Origin: an uncultured bacterium
GTDB lineage: Bacteria > Patescibacteriota > Minisyncoccia > Phycocordibacterales > UBA6065
DNA length: 64,000 nucleotides
NCBI GenBank assembly: GCA_966243015.1
Contig: CBIMES010000001.1
Location: forward strand, 143,995 to 207,994
Direction of reading: 5' to 3'
Shown here: piece after piece, positions 46,124 to 55,938 of the stretch
How positions within the stretch are numbered: position 1 is the first letter of the stretch
Layout of the letters: each line of letters begins with the position of its first letter
The notes under the pieces: model-generated
Database searches by the model: none
What the model was told of the DNA's origin: nothing
Seen by the model: only the letters and a program-made list of their open reading frames with translations
Translations under genes and position numbers: made by a program

Positions 46124-46588
46124 ATGGACACCACGAAATACCTCACCCAGCAGAAATTCAAGGAGCTTGAGCAGGAGCTTCTCGAACTCAAAACGGTGAA
46201 GCGCAAGGAGGTCGCGCAGGATCTCGAGTACGCCCGATCTCTCGGTGACCTTTCCGAGAACGCAGAGTATCAGGAGGCCCGCGAGCTTCAGGCAAAGATT
46301 GAGGATCGCATCGCCGTCATCGAGAACACCCTCAAGACCGCCGAGATCGTCCACGAGGCTCACGGAGACCATGTCTCCATGGGATCGTTCGTCACCGTCG
46401 AGAAGGCGGGCGGCAAGGGTTCCCAGAAGTTCAAGATCGTCGGCTCTGACGAGGTGAACACCTCTGAGGGCATGATCTCGAACCTCTCTCCGCTCGGCTC
46501 TTCGCTCATTGGCAAGAAGCGAGGCGACAGCGTCACCATCCAGACCCCTAAGGGCAGCATCGCGTACAAGATCGTCGCGGTTGCTTAA
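46124..46588 (+). CDS. greA: transcription elongation factor GreA
   Basis: YLT, GDLSENAEY..ARE.Q, IS..SPLG..LIG. Confidence 0.96.
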   Translation: MDTTKYLTQQKFKELEQELLELKTVKRKEVAQDLEYARSLGDLSENAEYQEARELQAKIEDRIAVIENTLKTAEIVHEAHGDHVSMGSFVTVEKAGGKGSQKFKIVGSDEVNTSEGMISNLSPLGSSLIGKKRGDSVTIQTPKGSIAYKIVAVA

Positions 46589-46599
46589 TCGCGCGATAC

Positions 46600-48066
46600 A
46601 TGGCTTCACTCGAAGAAATACGAAACGCTCGGTTGGCCAAGCTCGATCTTCTCAAGAAGGCAGGCGTTGACCCGTATCCGGCCCGTGTCGACCGCGACAT
46701 GCCGCTTTCGGCCGCTCGCGCCGATTTTGACCGACTCGTGGCCGAGGCAAAGACTTGCGCCATCGCCGGTCGCATCATGATTATTCGCGGCCAGGGCGCG
46801 ATTCTCTTTGTCGTGCTTAACGACGGGAGCGACGAGTTCCAGTGCGTCTTCAAGAAGGACGACATGGACGAGGCCTCGTTCAACCTCTTCGCCGACACGG
46901 CGGACATGGGCGACTTCATCTCGGTCTCCGGAACCTTCTTTGTCACCAAGCGAGGCGAGAAGAGCCTCCTCGTGAAGTCATGGGTCATGGCAACCAAGTC
47001 GCTCCTCCCGCTTCCCGAGAAGTGGAGCGGACTTCAGGACGAGGAGATTAAGTTCCGCAAGCGCTACCTCGATATGCTCACCAACAAGGAGGTACGCGAC
47101 ATGGTCGTGAAGCGATCCGCTTTCTGGCGCGCAACCCGCGATTTCCTTCTCGACAGGGGATTCATGGAGGTTGAGACGCCTGTCTTCGAGAATGTCGCTG
47201 GCGGCGCCGATGCTCGACCGTTCATCACGCATCACAACGCCCTCGATCTCGACGTGTACCTCCGCATCTCGCCGGAGCTCTGGCTCAAGCGACTCATGGT
47301 CGCCGGCTTCCCGAAGGTCTTCGAGATTGGCCGCATCTTCCGCAACGAGGGAATGGACGCCGAGCACCTTCAGGACTACACCCAGATGGAGTTCTATTGG
47401 GCGTTCGAGGATTACACCGCGGGCATGAAGCTCGTCGAGGAGATGTACAAGCACATCGCCCAGAAGACCTTCGGCACGCTCGTCTTCAACATCAAGGGCT
47501 TCGAAGTTGACCTTGGCAAACCATGGGTCGTCTACGATTTTACCGAGACGATTCTCAAGACTACGGGCATCGATGTCTCGAGGGCGAGCTTCGAAGAGGT
47601 CTGTGCGAAGCTCCGCGAGCTTAAGGTTGAGTATGATCCAAAGGGCTTCAACCTCGCCCGCGCGACCGACACGCTCTGGAAGTACTGCCGCAAGAAGATC
47701 TCGGGACCAGGCTTCCTCATCAATGTTCCCGTGTCGCTCGAGCCTCTCGCCAAGCGAAAGCAGGGCAACGCCGACGTTGTCGAGCGCTTCCAGGTCCTCA
47801 TCGCTGGGTCTGAGATGGGCAAGGGTTTCAGCGAGCTCAATGACCCTATCGACCAGGCGGGACGCTTCGCCGACCAGGAGAAGCTCCGCGCCGAGGGCGA
47901 CGAGGAGGCTCAGATGAACGACTCAGAGTTCGTCGAGGCCCTCGAGCACGGCATGCCGCCGACCTGCGGATTCGGATTCTCGGAGCGACTCTTCAGCTTC
48001 CTTATGGACAAGCCTGCCCGTGAGACCCAGCTCTTCCCGCTCATGCGACCGAAGAAGGGGGAGTAG
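46600..48066 (+). CDS. lysS: lysine--tRNA ligase (class II)
   Basis: RKRYLD, GGADARPF.THHN, LRISPEL.LKRL, FRNEG, ELNDP.DQ, GMPPT.G. Confidence 0.97.
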   Translation: MASLEEIRNARLAKLDLLKKAGVDPYPARVDRDMPLSAARADFDRLVAEAKTCAIAGRIMIIRGQGAILFVVLNDGSDEFQCVFKKDDMDEASFNLFADTADMGDFISVSGTFFVTKRGEKSLLVKSWVMATKSLLPLPEKWSGLQDEEIKFRKRYLDMLTNKEVRDMVVKRSAFWRATRDFLLDRGFMEVETPVFENVAGGADARPFITHHNALDLDVYLRISPELWLKRLMVAGFPKVFEIGRIFRNEGMDAEHLQDYTQMEFYWAFEDYTAGMKLVEEMYKHIAQKTFGTLVFNIKGFEVDLGKPWVVYDFTETILKTTGIDVSRASFEEVCAKLRELKVEYDPKGFNLARATDTLWKYCRKKISGPGFLINVPVSLEPLAKRKQGNADVVERFQVLIAGSEMGKGFSELNDPIDQAGRFADQEKLRAEGDEEAQMNDSEFVEALEHGMPPTCGFGFSERLFSFLMDKPARETQLFPLMRPKKGE

Positions 48067-48090
48067 GGTGTCATTTCAACATAATTCTCC

Positions 48091-48118
48091 GAAAAAGCCG
48101 GCTTTTGCCGGCTTTTTC
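48091..48118. terminator. bidirectional terminator
   Basis: GAAAAAGCCGGC tttt GCCGGCTTTTTC. Confidence 0.8.
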
Positions 48119-48205
48119 GCCCTATTGACATTTCTTATAAAACAAGGCTATCTTAGGGAGAGCGTAGTAGATCCTTCAACGAAACAATCAACCCATACCG
48201 ACACA

Positions 48206-48763
48206 ATGAACGTCAGAAGATTCCTCGCGCTTCGGCGCAAGCGGGACAGGGTCATAATCGACCTGTGCCGCACATGGTCAGGGGCCGGTAACAGCCATCC
48301 CATGGAAAGTTACAACGGCCAGCTGCACGACTCAGTGTGGCGGGCCGCGCGAATCACGCTCTCGAGGTTCTGGCTTGGCTCGATCTTCGGCGACGGAATT
48401 AAGTCGCTCTCAAGCATCGGGCGATTCCTGAGCGTCGTGACCTTCATGGAACAGGTCCTCGGCCCGGCAGTCGAATCAAACCCGCGATGGGAGAGTGCCT
48501 CAGACCGACAGGCTGCGGCACGTCGCGTCGCGTTTGTCATGGCGGAAGAGATTCTCGACATGACACGGGCGACGCCTGACGACCTCGACATGGAGAGGAG
48601 GAGAATGGCCCAGGTCCTCATCGATCTGAACGCGTTCGCCCCGATTCCCACCGATGTCCGCGGCTATCTCTCGCGGGAGGCCATCGAGGAGGAGCGCCAT
48701 CGGGCGCGAACCTCGCAGGAGCTTCGAGAAGAGGACGGTCGTTTCAACACGGGCGTAGCCTAA
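48206..48763 (+). CDS. orphan hypothetical protein
   Basis: TTGACA-N18-TATCTT promoter, ATG 48206, terminator at 48775-48806. Confidence 0.6.
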   Translation: MNVRRFLALRRKRDRVIIDLCRTWSGAGNSHPMESYNGQLHDSVWRAARITLSRFWLGSIFGDGIKSLSSIGRFLSVVTFMEQVLGPAVESNPRWESASDRQAAARRVAFVMAEEILDMTRATPDDLDMERRRMAQVLIDLNAFAPIPTDVRGYLSREAIEEERHRARTSQELREEDGRFNTGVA

Positions 48764-48774
48764 TGCGGCACTTC

Positions 48775-48806
48775 GGCGCCGTTTCCGCAAGGAAACGGCG
48801 CCTTTT
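48775..48806 (+). terminator. intrinsic terminator
   Basis: GGCGCCGTTTCC gcaa GGAAACGGCGCC TTTT. Confidence 0.85.
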
Positions 48807-48840
48807 ACTAAAACAAGGAGCGAGGCGACTGTGCTTTAGT
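48807..48840 (+). repeat. third copy of the 34-nt GA-GC-GNN-GC-GA hairpin element
   Basis: ACTAAAACA AG GA GC GAG GC GA CT G TGCTTTAGT. Confidence 0.75.
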
Positions 48841-48960
48841 TATCCCCCGGGATTTTCTTTCTTAAAAATATCTTTATGTATAGGCGTACTAAACGGCTCA
48901 CTCCACTGAGCCGTTCTTTTTTGTCAGAACGTGTGGTGTCGTGATAAACGGTTGTAAAAA

Positions 48961-49030
48961 TGTGGATAAAAATGTTTGATTGTGGGAACGGGTGTTATAA
49001 AATGTTATGTAAGTGGGAAGAAGTGGTAAA
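48961..49030 (+). promoter_or_regulatory. mraZ promoter region with DnaA box and MraZ-type GTGG repeats
   Basis: TGTGGATAA at 48961-48969; GTGGGA at 48982 and 49013, GTGGTA at 49023 (10-bp spacing). Confidence 0.65.
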
Positions 49031-49054
49031 TCAAATTTTCCCGCGAGAACAGCA

Positions 49055-49489
49055 ATGCTTATCGGAGAGTACACACACTCCATAGACGACAAGAACCGAA
49101 TCTCTCTCCCGGCGAAATTCAGGGAGAAGATGGGGAAGAAGGTGGTTGTGACTCCTGGTCTCGATCACTGTCTTTTCGTGTTCACACCGAAGGAGTGGGA
49201 GAAGATCTCCGAGAAGCTGTCTGAGGCATCGATCGGACAGTCTGACAGCCGAAGCTTCAGCCGATTCATGTTCGGAGGCGCCGTCGAGGCGGACATCGAC
49301 TCGATTGGGCGCATCCTGATCCCGGAGTTTCTCCAGGGCTGGGCTTCCCTCAAGGGCAAGGTTGCCGTTGTCGGAGTCCAGTCCCGCGTCGAGCTCTGGA
49401 ACGACAAGGCATGGGCGGCGTACAAGAAGGGCGTCGAGGGCAAGGCGGGAGCCCTCGCCGAGAAGCTCGGCCAGGTTGGAGTCATCTAA
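49055..49489 (+). CDS. mraZ: division/cell wall cluster repressor MraZ
   Basis: GEY.HSIDDKNR..LPAKFR, D..GRILIP, RVELW. Confidence 0.96.
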   Translation: MLIGEYTHSIDDKNRISLPAKFREKMGKKVVVTPGLDHCLFVFTPKEWEKISEKLSEASIGQSDSRSFSRFMFGGAVEADIDSIGRILIPEFLQGWASLKGKVAVVGVQSRVELWNDKAWAAYKKGVEGKAGALAEKLGQVGVI

Positions 49490-49495
49490 TCGGCA

Positions 49496-50395
49496 ATGCA
49501 CGAATCAGTCCTTTTACACGAGACAGTGGGGGCTCTGGAGCTTGCTCCGGGCGATGTGGTGGTGGACGGCACGCTGGGCCGCGCGGGACACCTTCTCGAG
49601 GCGCTCAAACGACAGCCAGACATCTTCGTCATCGGCATCGACCGAGACGAGCAGGCAATCGAGGAATCGACCGCCAAGCTCGCCAAGGTCACCTCGCGCT
49701 TCAAGATCTTTCTCGGCAACTTCCGCGACATGGACAAGTTCATCGCGGAGGCGGCGGCCGAGACAGGCAGGACGCAGGCGAACAAGATCATCCTCGACCT
49801 CGGCATATCGTCGCCGCACCTTGATTCTTCAGGACGGGGCTTCAGCTTCCAGAAGGACGAGCCACTCCTCATGACCATGAAGCGAGACATCGACGAGACG
49901 GTCTTCACCGCCCGCGATATCGTCAACGGCTGGGAAGAGGAGGACATCGCGAACGTGCTCTACGCCTACGGCGACGAGCGCTTCGCCCGAAGGATCGCCA
50001 GGGCGATCGTCGAGGCCCGCGAGGTCGAGCCGATCGAGACCACCTTCCAGCTGGTCGAGATCATCAAGGGATCGGTGCCCGGCTTCTATCGAAAGGGCAG
50101 AATCCATCCGGCGACTCGCAGCTTCCAGGCCCTCCGCATCGCGGTGAACGACGAGCTGGGCAGCGTGAAGCAGGGGCTTGCCACGGGGCTCTCCTCGCTT
50201 GCGCCCGGCGGAAGGGTGGCGGTCATATCCTTCCACAGCCTCGAGGACAAGATCGTGAAGGAGTTCATGAGGGAGGCCGAGGCTCAGGGAAAGGGTAGGT
50301 CACTCACAAAGAAGCCGATAGTGCCGTCAGACGAGGAGGTGAAAAGGAATCCGCGTTCTCGCAGCTCGAAATTGAGGGTTTTTATAAAAAATTAG
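49496..50395 (+). CDS. rsmH: 16S rRNA m4C1402 methyltransferase
   Basis: H.SVLL.E, DGTLG.AGH, DLGISS, RGFSF, FQALRIAVNDEL, SFHSLED. Confidence 0.97.
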   Translation: MHESVLLHETVGALELAPGDVVVDGTLGRAGHLLEALKRQPDIFVIGIDRDEQAIEESTAKLAKVTSRFKIFLGNFRDMDKFIAEAAAETGRTQANKIILDLGISSPHLDSSGRGFSFQKDEPLLMTMKRDIDETVFTARDIVNGWEEEDIANVLYAYGDERFARRIARAIVEAREVEPIETTFQLVEIIKGSVPGFYRKGRIHPATRSFQALRIAVNDELGSVKQGLATGLSSLAPGGRVAVISFHSLEDKIVKEFMREAEAQGKGRSLTKKPIVPSDEEVKRNPRSRSSKLRVFIKN

Positions 50396-50413
50396 AAATA
50401 ACTTTAGAAACAC

Positions 50414-50731
50414 ATGACACAGTACGTACAGGAGAAGGTCGCATACATGGAGAGGCCGGTGACCGCCTGGGCCCTCGCCGGCATGATCGCCGCCCTCGTT
50501 CTCTCGTACGCGTACTTCGTCAACGCCGCGATCGTGAACATCGTGGCGACCAAGGACATGCAGGTTCAGATTTCCGAGCTCACCTCTGAGGTCGGTAACC
50601 TCGAGGCGGAGTATCTTGCCGCGAAGTCGGCCCTCACCCTCGATGAGGCCCGCTCGCTCGGATTCGTCTCGTCGACCTCGGACGCGTCGTACATCACCAA
50701 GACGTCCTTCTCGCTCTCGTTTAACCGCTAA
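50414..50731 (+). CDS. FtsL-like cell division protein
   Basis: TM helix + coiled coil + A..LGF; located between rsmH and ftsI. Confidence 0.7.
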   Translation: MTQYVQEKVAYMERPVTAWALAGMIAALVLSYAYFVNAAIVNIVATKDMQVQISELTSEVGNLEAEYLAAKSALTLDEARSLGFVSSTSDASYITKTSFSLSFNR

Positions 50732-50746
50732 CCCCTCCTGACGGTC

Positions 50747-52465
50747 ATGCGCACCATCAGGACCGGAAGGCTGACGCTTATGGGCACGCTCGTGTGCCTT
50801 TTTGCGTTGTTCATGTTCTCGCGCCTGTACTACCTGCAGGTGATGCGTAACCAGGACTTTCTCGACCAGGCCGACCGTCAGTACGTGAGCAAGGGTCAGA
50901 GCGTCTTCAACCGCGGCACGATTTTCTTCAGCCCACGCAAGGGTGACCCGATTTCCGCTGCCACGCTTCGCAGCGGCTATCTTATCGCCATCAACCCCAA
51001 GCAGGTCGAGCATCCCGAGGATGTGTTCAACGCCCTTTCGGGCATCGTGAAAGTAGATGAGACGAGCCTTCTGTCTCAGCTCGCCCGCGTGAACGACACG
51101 TACCGCGAGATCGCGCGCCGCGTCGACGAGGACGCCAAGAAGCGCATTGAGGCGCTTCAGTTCAAGGGTGTAAACGCCTATACCGAGCGCTGGCGATCGT
51201 ACCCGGGCGGCACGCTCGCCTCGAACGTGCTCGGATTCGTCGGCTACGGCGAGGACGGCAAGACCCTTGAGGGCCGCTACGGCCTCGAGAGGTACTATGA
51301 CGACGTGCTCTCGCGCAACTCGTCAGGCATCTACGTTAACTTCTTCGCCGCCATCTTCTCGGGCATCGGCGACGCTGTTTTCTCGGACGAGAAAAGCGAG
51401 GGGAACATCGTCACCACCATCGAGCCGTCCGTGCAGGGTGAGCTCGAGGCGCGCATCGCCGCGGTGCAGAAGGCGTGGGGCTCTGACCTGACCGGAGGCA
51501 TCGTCATGGATCCGTCGACGGGCGAGATCTATGCCATGGCAGTCTCCTCGAACTTCGACCCGAACGACTTCTCGAAGGTAAAGAGCGCGAGCGTGTTCGG
51601 TAACCCGATCGTCGATCGCGTGTACGAGATGGGTTCGATCGTGAAGCCTTTGGCGATGGCCGCGGCGCTCGATGCAAACGCCGTTACTCCTGACACGACC
51701 TATAACGACAAGGGAACGCTGGTCATCAACGGCTCGCGCATCTCAAACTTCGACGGCAAGGCTCGAGGCGAGACGAACATGCAGGGCGTGCTCAACGAGT
51801 CGCTCAACGTGGGCATGGCCTTCGTCACCCAGAGGCTGGGTAACGAGAAGCTCGCTGAGTACTTCAGGAATCTCGGCTTCGGCAAGGAAACCGGCATCGA
51901 CCTGCCGGGCGAGGTTCATGGCCTGGTCTCGAATCTTGAAAGCCCGCGCGACATCGAGCACGTGACGGCCTCGTACGGACAGGGAATCGCGCTCACGCCG
52001 ATCGCCACGGTGCGCGCGCTCTCTGCCCTTGGCAACGGCGGTTACCTTCCGGAGCCCCATATCGTGAAGCGCATCGAGTACACCTCGGGACTGCGCAAGA
52101 CGATTGCCTATGACGGCTCGGAGAATAGGGTATACAAGCCGGAGACCTCCGAGGAGATCACGAGGATGCTCGTGAACGTCGTGGACAAGGCTCTTCTCGG
52201 CGGAACGGTCAAAATGGAGCGCTATTCAATCGCCGCAAAGACGGGAACTGCGCAGATGGCGTCCGAGACCGGAAAAGGGTATTATACGGACCGATATTTG
52301 CACTCGTTCTTCGGTTATTTCCCCGCATACAAGCCCCGCTTTATTGTCTTCCTCTTCACGGTATACCCAAAGGGGGCCCAGTACGCATCGCACACCCTGA
52401 CTGTCCCGTTCATGGACATGACTAAATTCCTTATCAACTATTACGAGGTTCCGCCCGACAGATAA
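50747..52465 (+). CDS. ftsI: peptidoglycan D,D-transpeptidase FtsI/PBP3
   Basis: RGTIF, G.YGLE.YYD, EMGSIVKP, SLN, KTGTAQ. Confidence 0.92.
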   Translation: MRTIRTGRLTLMGTLVCLFALFMFSRLYYLQVMRNQDFLDQADRQYVSKGQSVFNRGTIFFSPRKGDPISAATLRSGYLIAINPKQVEHPEDVFNALSGIVKVDETSLLSQLARVNDTYREIARRVDEDAKKRIEALQFKGVNAYTERWRSYPGGTLASNVLGFVGYGEDGKTLEGRYGLERYYDDVLSRNSSGIYVNFFAAIFSGIGDAVFSDEKSEGNIVTTIEPSVQGELEARIAAVQKAWGSDLTGGIVMDPSTGEIYAMAVSSNFDPNDFSKVKSASVFGNPIVDRVYEMGSIVKPLAMAAALDANAVTPDTTYNDKGTLVINGSRISNFDGKARGETNMQGVLNESLNVGMAFVTQRLGNEKLAEYFRNLGFGKETGIDLPGEVHGLVSNLESPRDIEHVTASYGQGIALTPIATVRALSALGNGGYLPEPHIVKRIEYTSGLRKTIAYDGSENRVYKPETSEEITRMLVNVVDKALLGGTVKMERYSIAAKTGTAQMASETGKGYYTDRYLHSFFGYFPAYKPRFIVFLFTVYPKGAQYASHTLTVPFMDMTKFLINYYEVPPDR

Positions 52466-52477
52466 TCACTTCCGCGT

Positions 52478-53797
52478 ATGACGTTCATCAAGAATAAGCT
52501 CAAGACCGTCGTTGTCGCGCTTCTCACCGCAGAGGCGCGCCTTGCGTTGCGCCTCCGTCAGCCAAAGATCGTGGCCGTGACGGGTAACGTCGGCAAGACC
52601 TCGACCAAGGACGCAATCTTTGCCGTGCTCGACAGGTCTCTTTCCGTGCGCAAGAGCGAGAAGAGCTTCAACAGCGAGATTGGACTTCCTCTCGCCATCC
52701 TCGGCCTCGACAATGCCTGGTCTTCGCTCGGCGGCTGGGTCAAGAATCTGTGGGACGGTCTTCTCATCGCCCTCGGTGTCGGTCACGAGGGTCGCAATTT
52801 TCCCGAGTGGCTCGTGCTCGAGGTCGGCGCCGACCATCCGGGCGACATCGAGAGGGTGTCCGCCTGGCTTCACCCGGACATCGTCGTGCTGACGCGCATG
52901 TCTGACGTCCCTGTGCACGTCGAGTTCTTCGCGGGCCCCGAGGCGGTGCTCGCCGAGAAGATGTTCCTCGCCAAGGCACTCAAGCCTGGCGGGACGCTCG
53001 TGGTGAACGCGGATGATAAGCTGTTCATGAATGCCGTGCGAGACCTCGACGTGGCCAAGGTGCTGTACGGCGAGGGCAAAGGCGCCTCGTCTCGCATCCT
53101 CGAGTCGGAGGTTGTATACGACGGCTCGGCGCTCTTCCTGCCGCGCGGCCAGTATGCGCTCATTGGCTCGGACAAGTCCGCCGCCGATCACGTGGAGGTT
53201 CTCGGCGTGCTCGGCAAGCATTTGATGTACCCGCTCGCCGCCGCCCATGCCGTTGCCGGAATCCTCGGCGTGCGTGGTGACTTCTCGAATGCTTTTTTAG
53301 ATCTTGAGACCCCGCGGGGCAGGATGCGCGTGCTCGAGGGCAAGTCACAGTCCGTCGTTATCGACGACTCGTACAATGCCTCGCCGATTGCCGTCACTGA
53401 GGCTCTCAAGACTCTGGGCGCCCTTGCCACGCGTGGTCGCAAGATCGCGGTTCTTGGAGACATGAAGGAGCTCGGCGAGCTTTCCGACAAGGCGCACAAG
53501 GACGTGGGCGGCGTCGCCGGCCAGACCGTCCACACGCTTGTGACGGTGGGCGAGAGGGGCTCAATGTACGCTACGGGCGCTCGCTATGCGGGTCTTGCTG
53601 CCGACCGCATCCTCTCGTTTGACGATTCTGTCGCGGCGGGCGAGTACCTCTCGAGCATTGTCCGCGCGGGCGACGTCGTGCTCGTGAAGGGCTCTCAGTC
53701 CATGCGCATGGAGCGTGTCTCAAAGGCCCTCCTTGCCGATCAGTCGAAGGCAATTGACGTCCTGGTCAGGCAGGAGTCTGAGTGGGAGAGGCGCTAG
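52478..53797 (+). CDS. murF: UDP-MurNAc-tripeptide--D-Ala-D-Ala ligase
   Basis: VTGNVGKTSTK, N.EIGLPL, LEVG.DHPGDI, DDSYNASP, LGDM.ELG, VLVKGS. Confidence 0.93.
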   Translation: MTFIKNKLKTVVVALLTAEARLALRLRQPKIVAVTGNVGKTSTKDAIFAVLDRSLSVRKSEKSFNSEIGLPLAILGLDNAWSSLGGWVKNLWDGLLIALGVGHEGRNFPEWLVLEVGADHPGDIERVSAWLHPDIVVLTRMSDVPVHVEFFAGPEAVLAEKMFLAKALKPGGTLVVNADDKLFMNAVRDLDVAKVLYGEGKGASSRILESEVVYDGSALFLPRGQYALIGSDKSAADHVEVLGVLGKHLMYPLAAAHAVAGILGVRGDFSNAFLDLETPRGRMRVLEGKSQSVVIDDSYNASPIAVTEALKTLGALATRGRKIAVLGDMKELGELSDKAHKDVGGVAGQTVHTLVTVGERGSMYATGARYAGLAADRILSFDDSVAAGEYLSSIVRAGDVVLVKGSQSMRMERVSKALLADQSKAIDVLVRQESEWERR

Positions 53798-53912
53798 TCT
53801 CGCCCTGCGTTTGACGCCACTTCGTCGCGGCTGTTTACAGAATGTTGTCTCGGTGGTAGTTTGCAGATGAATCTGATCGTCTGAAACCACAACTACACAG
53901 GAGAAACACACC

Positions 53913-54518
53913 ATGAGAGAATCCGGTCTCGGATCATTATCCCCCGATGCGAACAGCATCTTTGAGTCAGCGGTCTCGGCATATAGAAGCGATCTGGACA
54001 GAGAACGCGTCAATCGAGAGGAGTCTCAGAGAAGGCGCCAGGAGTATGATGCCAAGCTCCAGGCCCTGCCTCGTGCCATCGACAGGCTTCGAGCCTCGAT
54101 TCCTCGTTTCGACGAGTATCTCAGGGGCGGCAGGGAGCAGGAGATCGTCGTTCGGCTCGAGGATGACGCGGATCTCGCGCTCACCGCGTGCAAAAAGCGC
54201 GAAGACATCGTGAAGAGGGGAACCGTCCTCGCCTCGTATTCCCCCGAAGGTCTGCGGAGCGACGTCGATAACTGGGAGTCATTCTCGGTGGCGCTCTTTG
54301 ACGGGACCTGCGCAGTCGTTGTCCGTAGGCTTCTGAAGATTCACGGGGTCTACTTGGTCCTGCCGAAGGACAGAATGCCCGACGGTGCGCAGAGGTCTAT
54401 CGACCGCTTCGTCGACCTTGTCCTGGCCTGCGTCGATGGCTCTGGTGCGGTCGTGGAGGGCGCTGCGCTTGACCTGTTCCGCGATCTCTTCACCCACCGT
54501 TCCCCATGCGATTCCTGA
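53913..54518 (+). CDS. orphan hypothetical protein
   Basis: AGGAG before ATG; terminator at 54533-54560. Confidence 0.65.
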   Translation: MRESGLGSLSPDANSIFESAVSAYRSDLDRERVNREESQRRRQEYDAKLQALPRAIDRLRASIPRFDEYLRGGREQEIVVRLEDDADLALTACKKREDIVKRGTVLASYSPEGLRSDVDNWESFSVALFDGTCAVVVRRLLKIHGVYLVLPKDRMPDGAQRSIDRFVDLVLACVDGSGAVVEGAALDLFRDLFTHRSPCDS

Positions 54519-54663
54519 GACATTGTCCCGCGAGCCGCCCTCAACCGAGGGCGGCTTTTTCGTGGAAAGTTTGTGGCTGCGTGGTTCGTATCTTTACTGT
54601 GGCACACGCGGAATGGTTTCGGGCGCGGCACTGACGTTTATCCGTAATTTACGCAAAACGCAT

Positions 54664-54849
54664 ATGAACAGATACGGACCAAAGGCCCAAAAGAAAATAA
54701 CCAAGGTTATGCACGAGTGGAAGCGTGGCGACCTGAAGAGTGGCAGGGGCGGAAAGAGAGTCACGAGTCGCAGGCAGGCCGTCGCCATCGGTATATCGGA
54801 GGCGCGCAAGGCGGGAGGGAAGGTGCCGAATAGGACGAGGTCTTCATAG
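54664..54849 (+). CDS. DUF6496-family small basic protein
   Basis: KVMHEWKRGDLKSG.GG..V.SR.QA.AIG.SEARK.G.KVP. Confidence 0.85.
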   Translation: MNRYGPKAQKKITKVMHEWKRGDLKSGRGGKRVTSRRQAVAIGISEARKAGGKVPNRTRSS

Positions 54850-54901
54850 AAAAAAGCCGCACCCGAAGGTGCGGCTTTGCTATGGGCCTGCTGCCTGAAT
54901 T

Positions 54902-55780
54902 TCACGACTGCCTGACGGGCGTCCACTTGCCCGAGCGCGATTCGCGCTCGAAGATGCGGATATACGAGTTGGTCTTCTCCGACCTGATGCTCGCGCGCAG
55001 GAGTTCCTGCGCCTCGGCGAGTTCGGGAAAGACCGTCGCGTCTAGTTCCATGCTGAGGAAGCGGTAAAGGTCTGGACCAACCTTAAACTGCGTCTTCTCG
55101 ACCAGAAGCTGTCGGGTGAGCTCATAAAGCGGTCTTACGGCCTCGTCGAGCGCCTTTTGGCCTTGGAATCGGTCGAAGAACTGGCTGACCAGACCCTTGG
55201 CCCGCTGGGCGTTGTCGCCCTGGATGAGGGTGATGTGATTCACCATCGCCACGACGCGACGCAGTCCGTCGGCGCTCGTGAAGGTCACCTGCGTGTTGAG
55301 CTTTCCGTCGGGGCCGACGAGTCGCGTGAAGACGTGTCGGGTGACATAGTCCTCGCGCTTTCTCGACGCTTGGACGGCGCTCTCGTTGAGGCTGAAGACG
55401 GTGCTGACGATCTCGTCGATGGCGCGCTCGCGGCTGGCGATCTCGGCCGAGGCGACGGCGAGCTGGGTGGTGAGCTCGTTGAGCTCGGCTTGCGCCGTCG
55501 CCATCTTTTCCCGAGAGCTGTCGCGACGCCGGGTGTGCCTCACATCGGGATCGTCAATCCAGTTGAGAATTTCATCTCGGAGCTTGGTGTCTTTTTTCGT
55601 CCCGCGATGTTTGGCGTCTGTCACGGCGAATTTTTTTACATTGCTCTTGAATGCCCGGTGTCCTTTGTTCCAGCGTCGGCGCGCGTCGCCTTCTTCCTTT
55701 ATGAGTTTGGTGATTTCCGCCTGCTTTGCCTTGATCTTTGCCTGCAGTCTTTTGATGTCGGTTTTAGTTGCGGTGGCCAT
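54902..55780 (-). CDS. coiled-coil protein with a DUF3164-like C-terminal domain
   Basis: VTFTSADG..RV...AK.L...A.ELL..SI......SYIRIFER....GKW.P resembles DUF3164 (recalled pattern). Confidence 0.65.
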   Translation of the reverse strand: MATATKTDIKRLQAKIKAKQAEITKLIKEEGDARRRWNKGHRAFKSNVKKFAVTDAKHRGTKKDTKLRDEILNWIDDPDVRHTRRRDSSREKMATAQAELNELTTQLAVASAEIASRERAIDEIVSTVFSLNESAVQASRKREDYVTRHVFTRLVGPDGKLNTQVTFTSADGLRRVVAMVNHITLIQGDNAQRAKGLVSQFFDRFQGQKALDEAVRPLYELTRQLLVEKTQFKVGPDLYRFLSMELDATVFPELAEAQELLRASIRSEKTNSYIRIFERESRSGKWTPVRQS

Positions 55781-55938
55781 TGCTATCGATGTGCTTTCCG
55801 TTGGGCGACTTCCCGTCGCGGTTGGGGAGGGCCTCGTGGCCCGTGTCTGGGGAAGACCTTACCATATCAGATAAGGTTTGGGCAAACAGGTCAAGGCTTC
55901 CGCTGATTGCCGCGGGCAGGTATCCTGTATGCCAGTCT

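Noticed and set aside
48840-49050. AT-rich gap with a DnaA box as oriC
   Set aside because: Only one consensus box and no dnaA/dnaN nearby; explained as the mraZ promoter.
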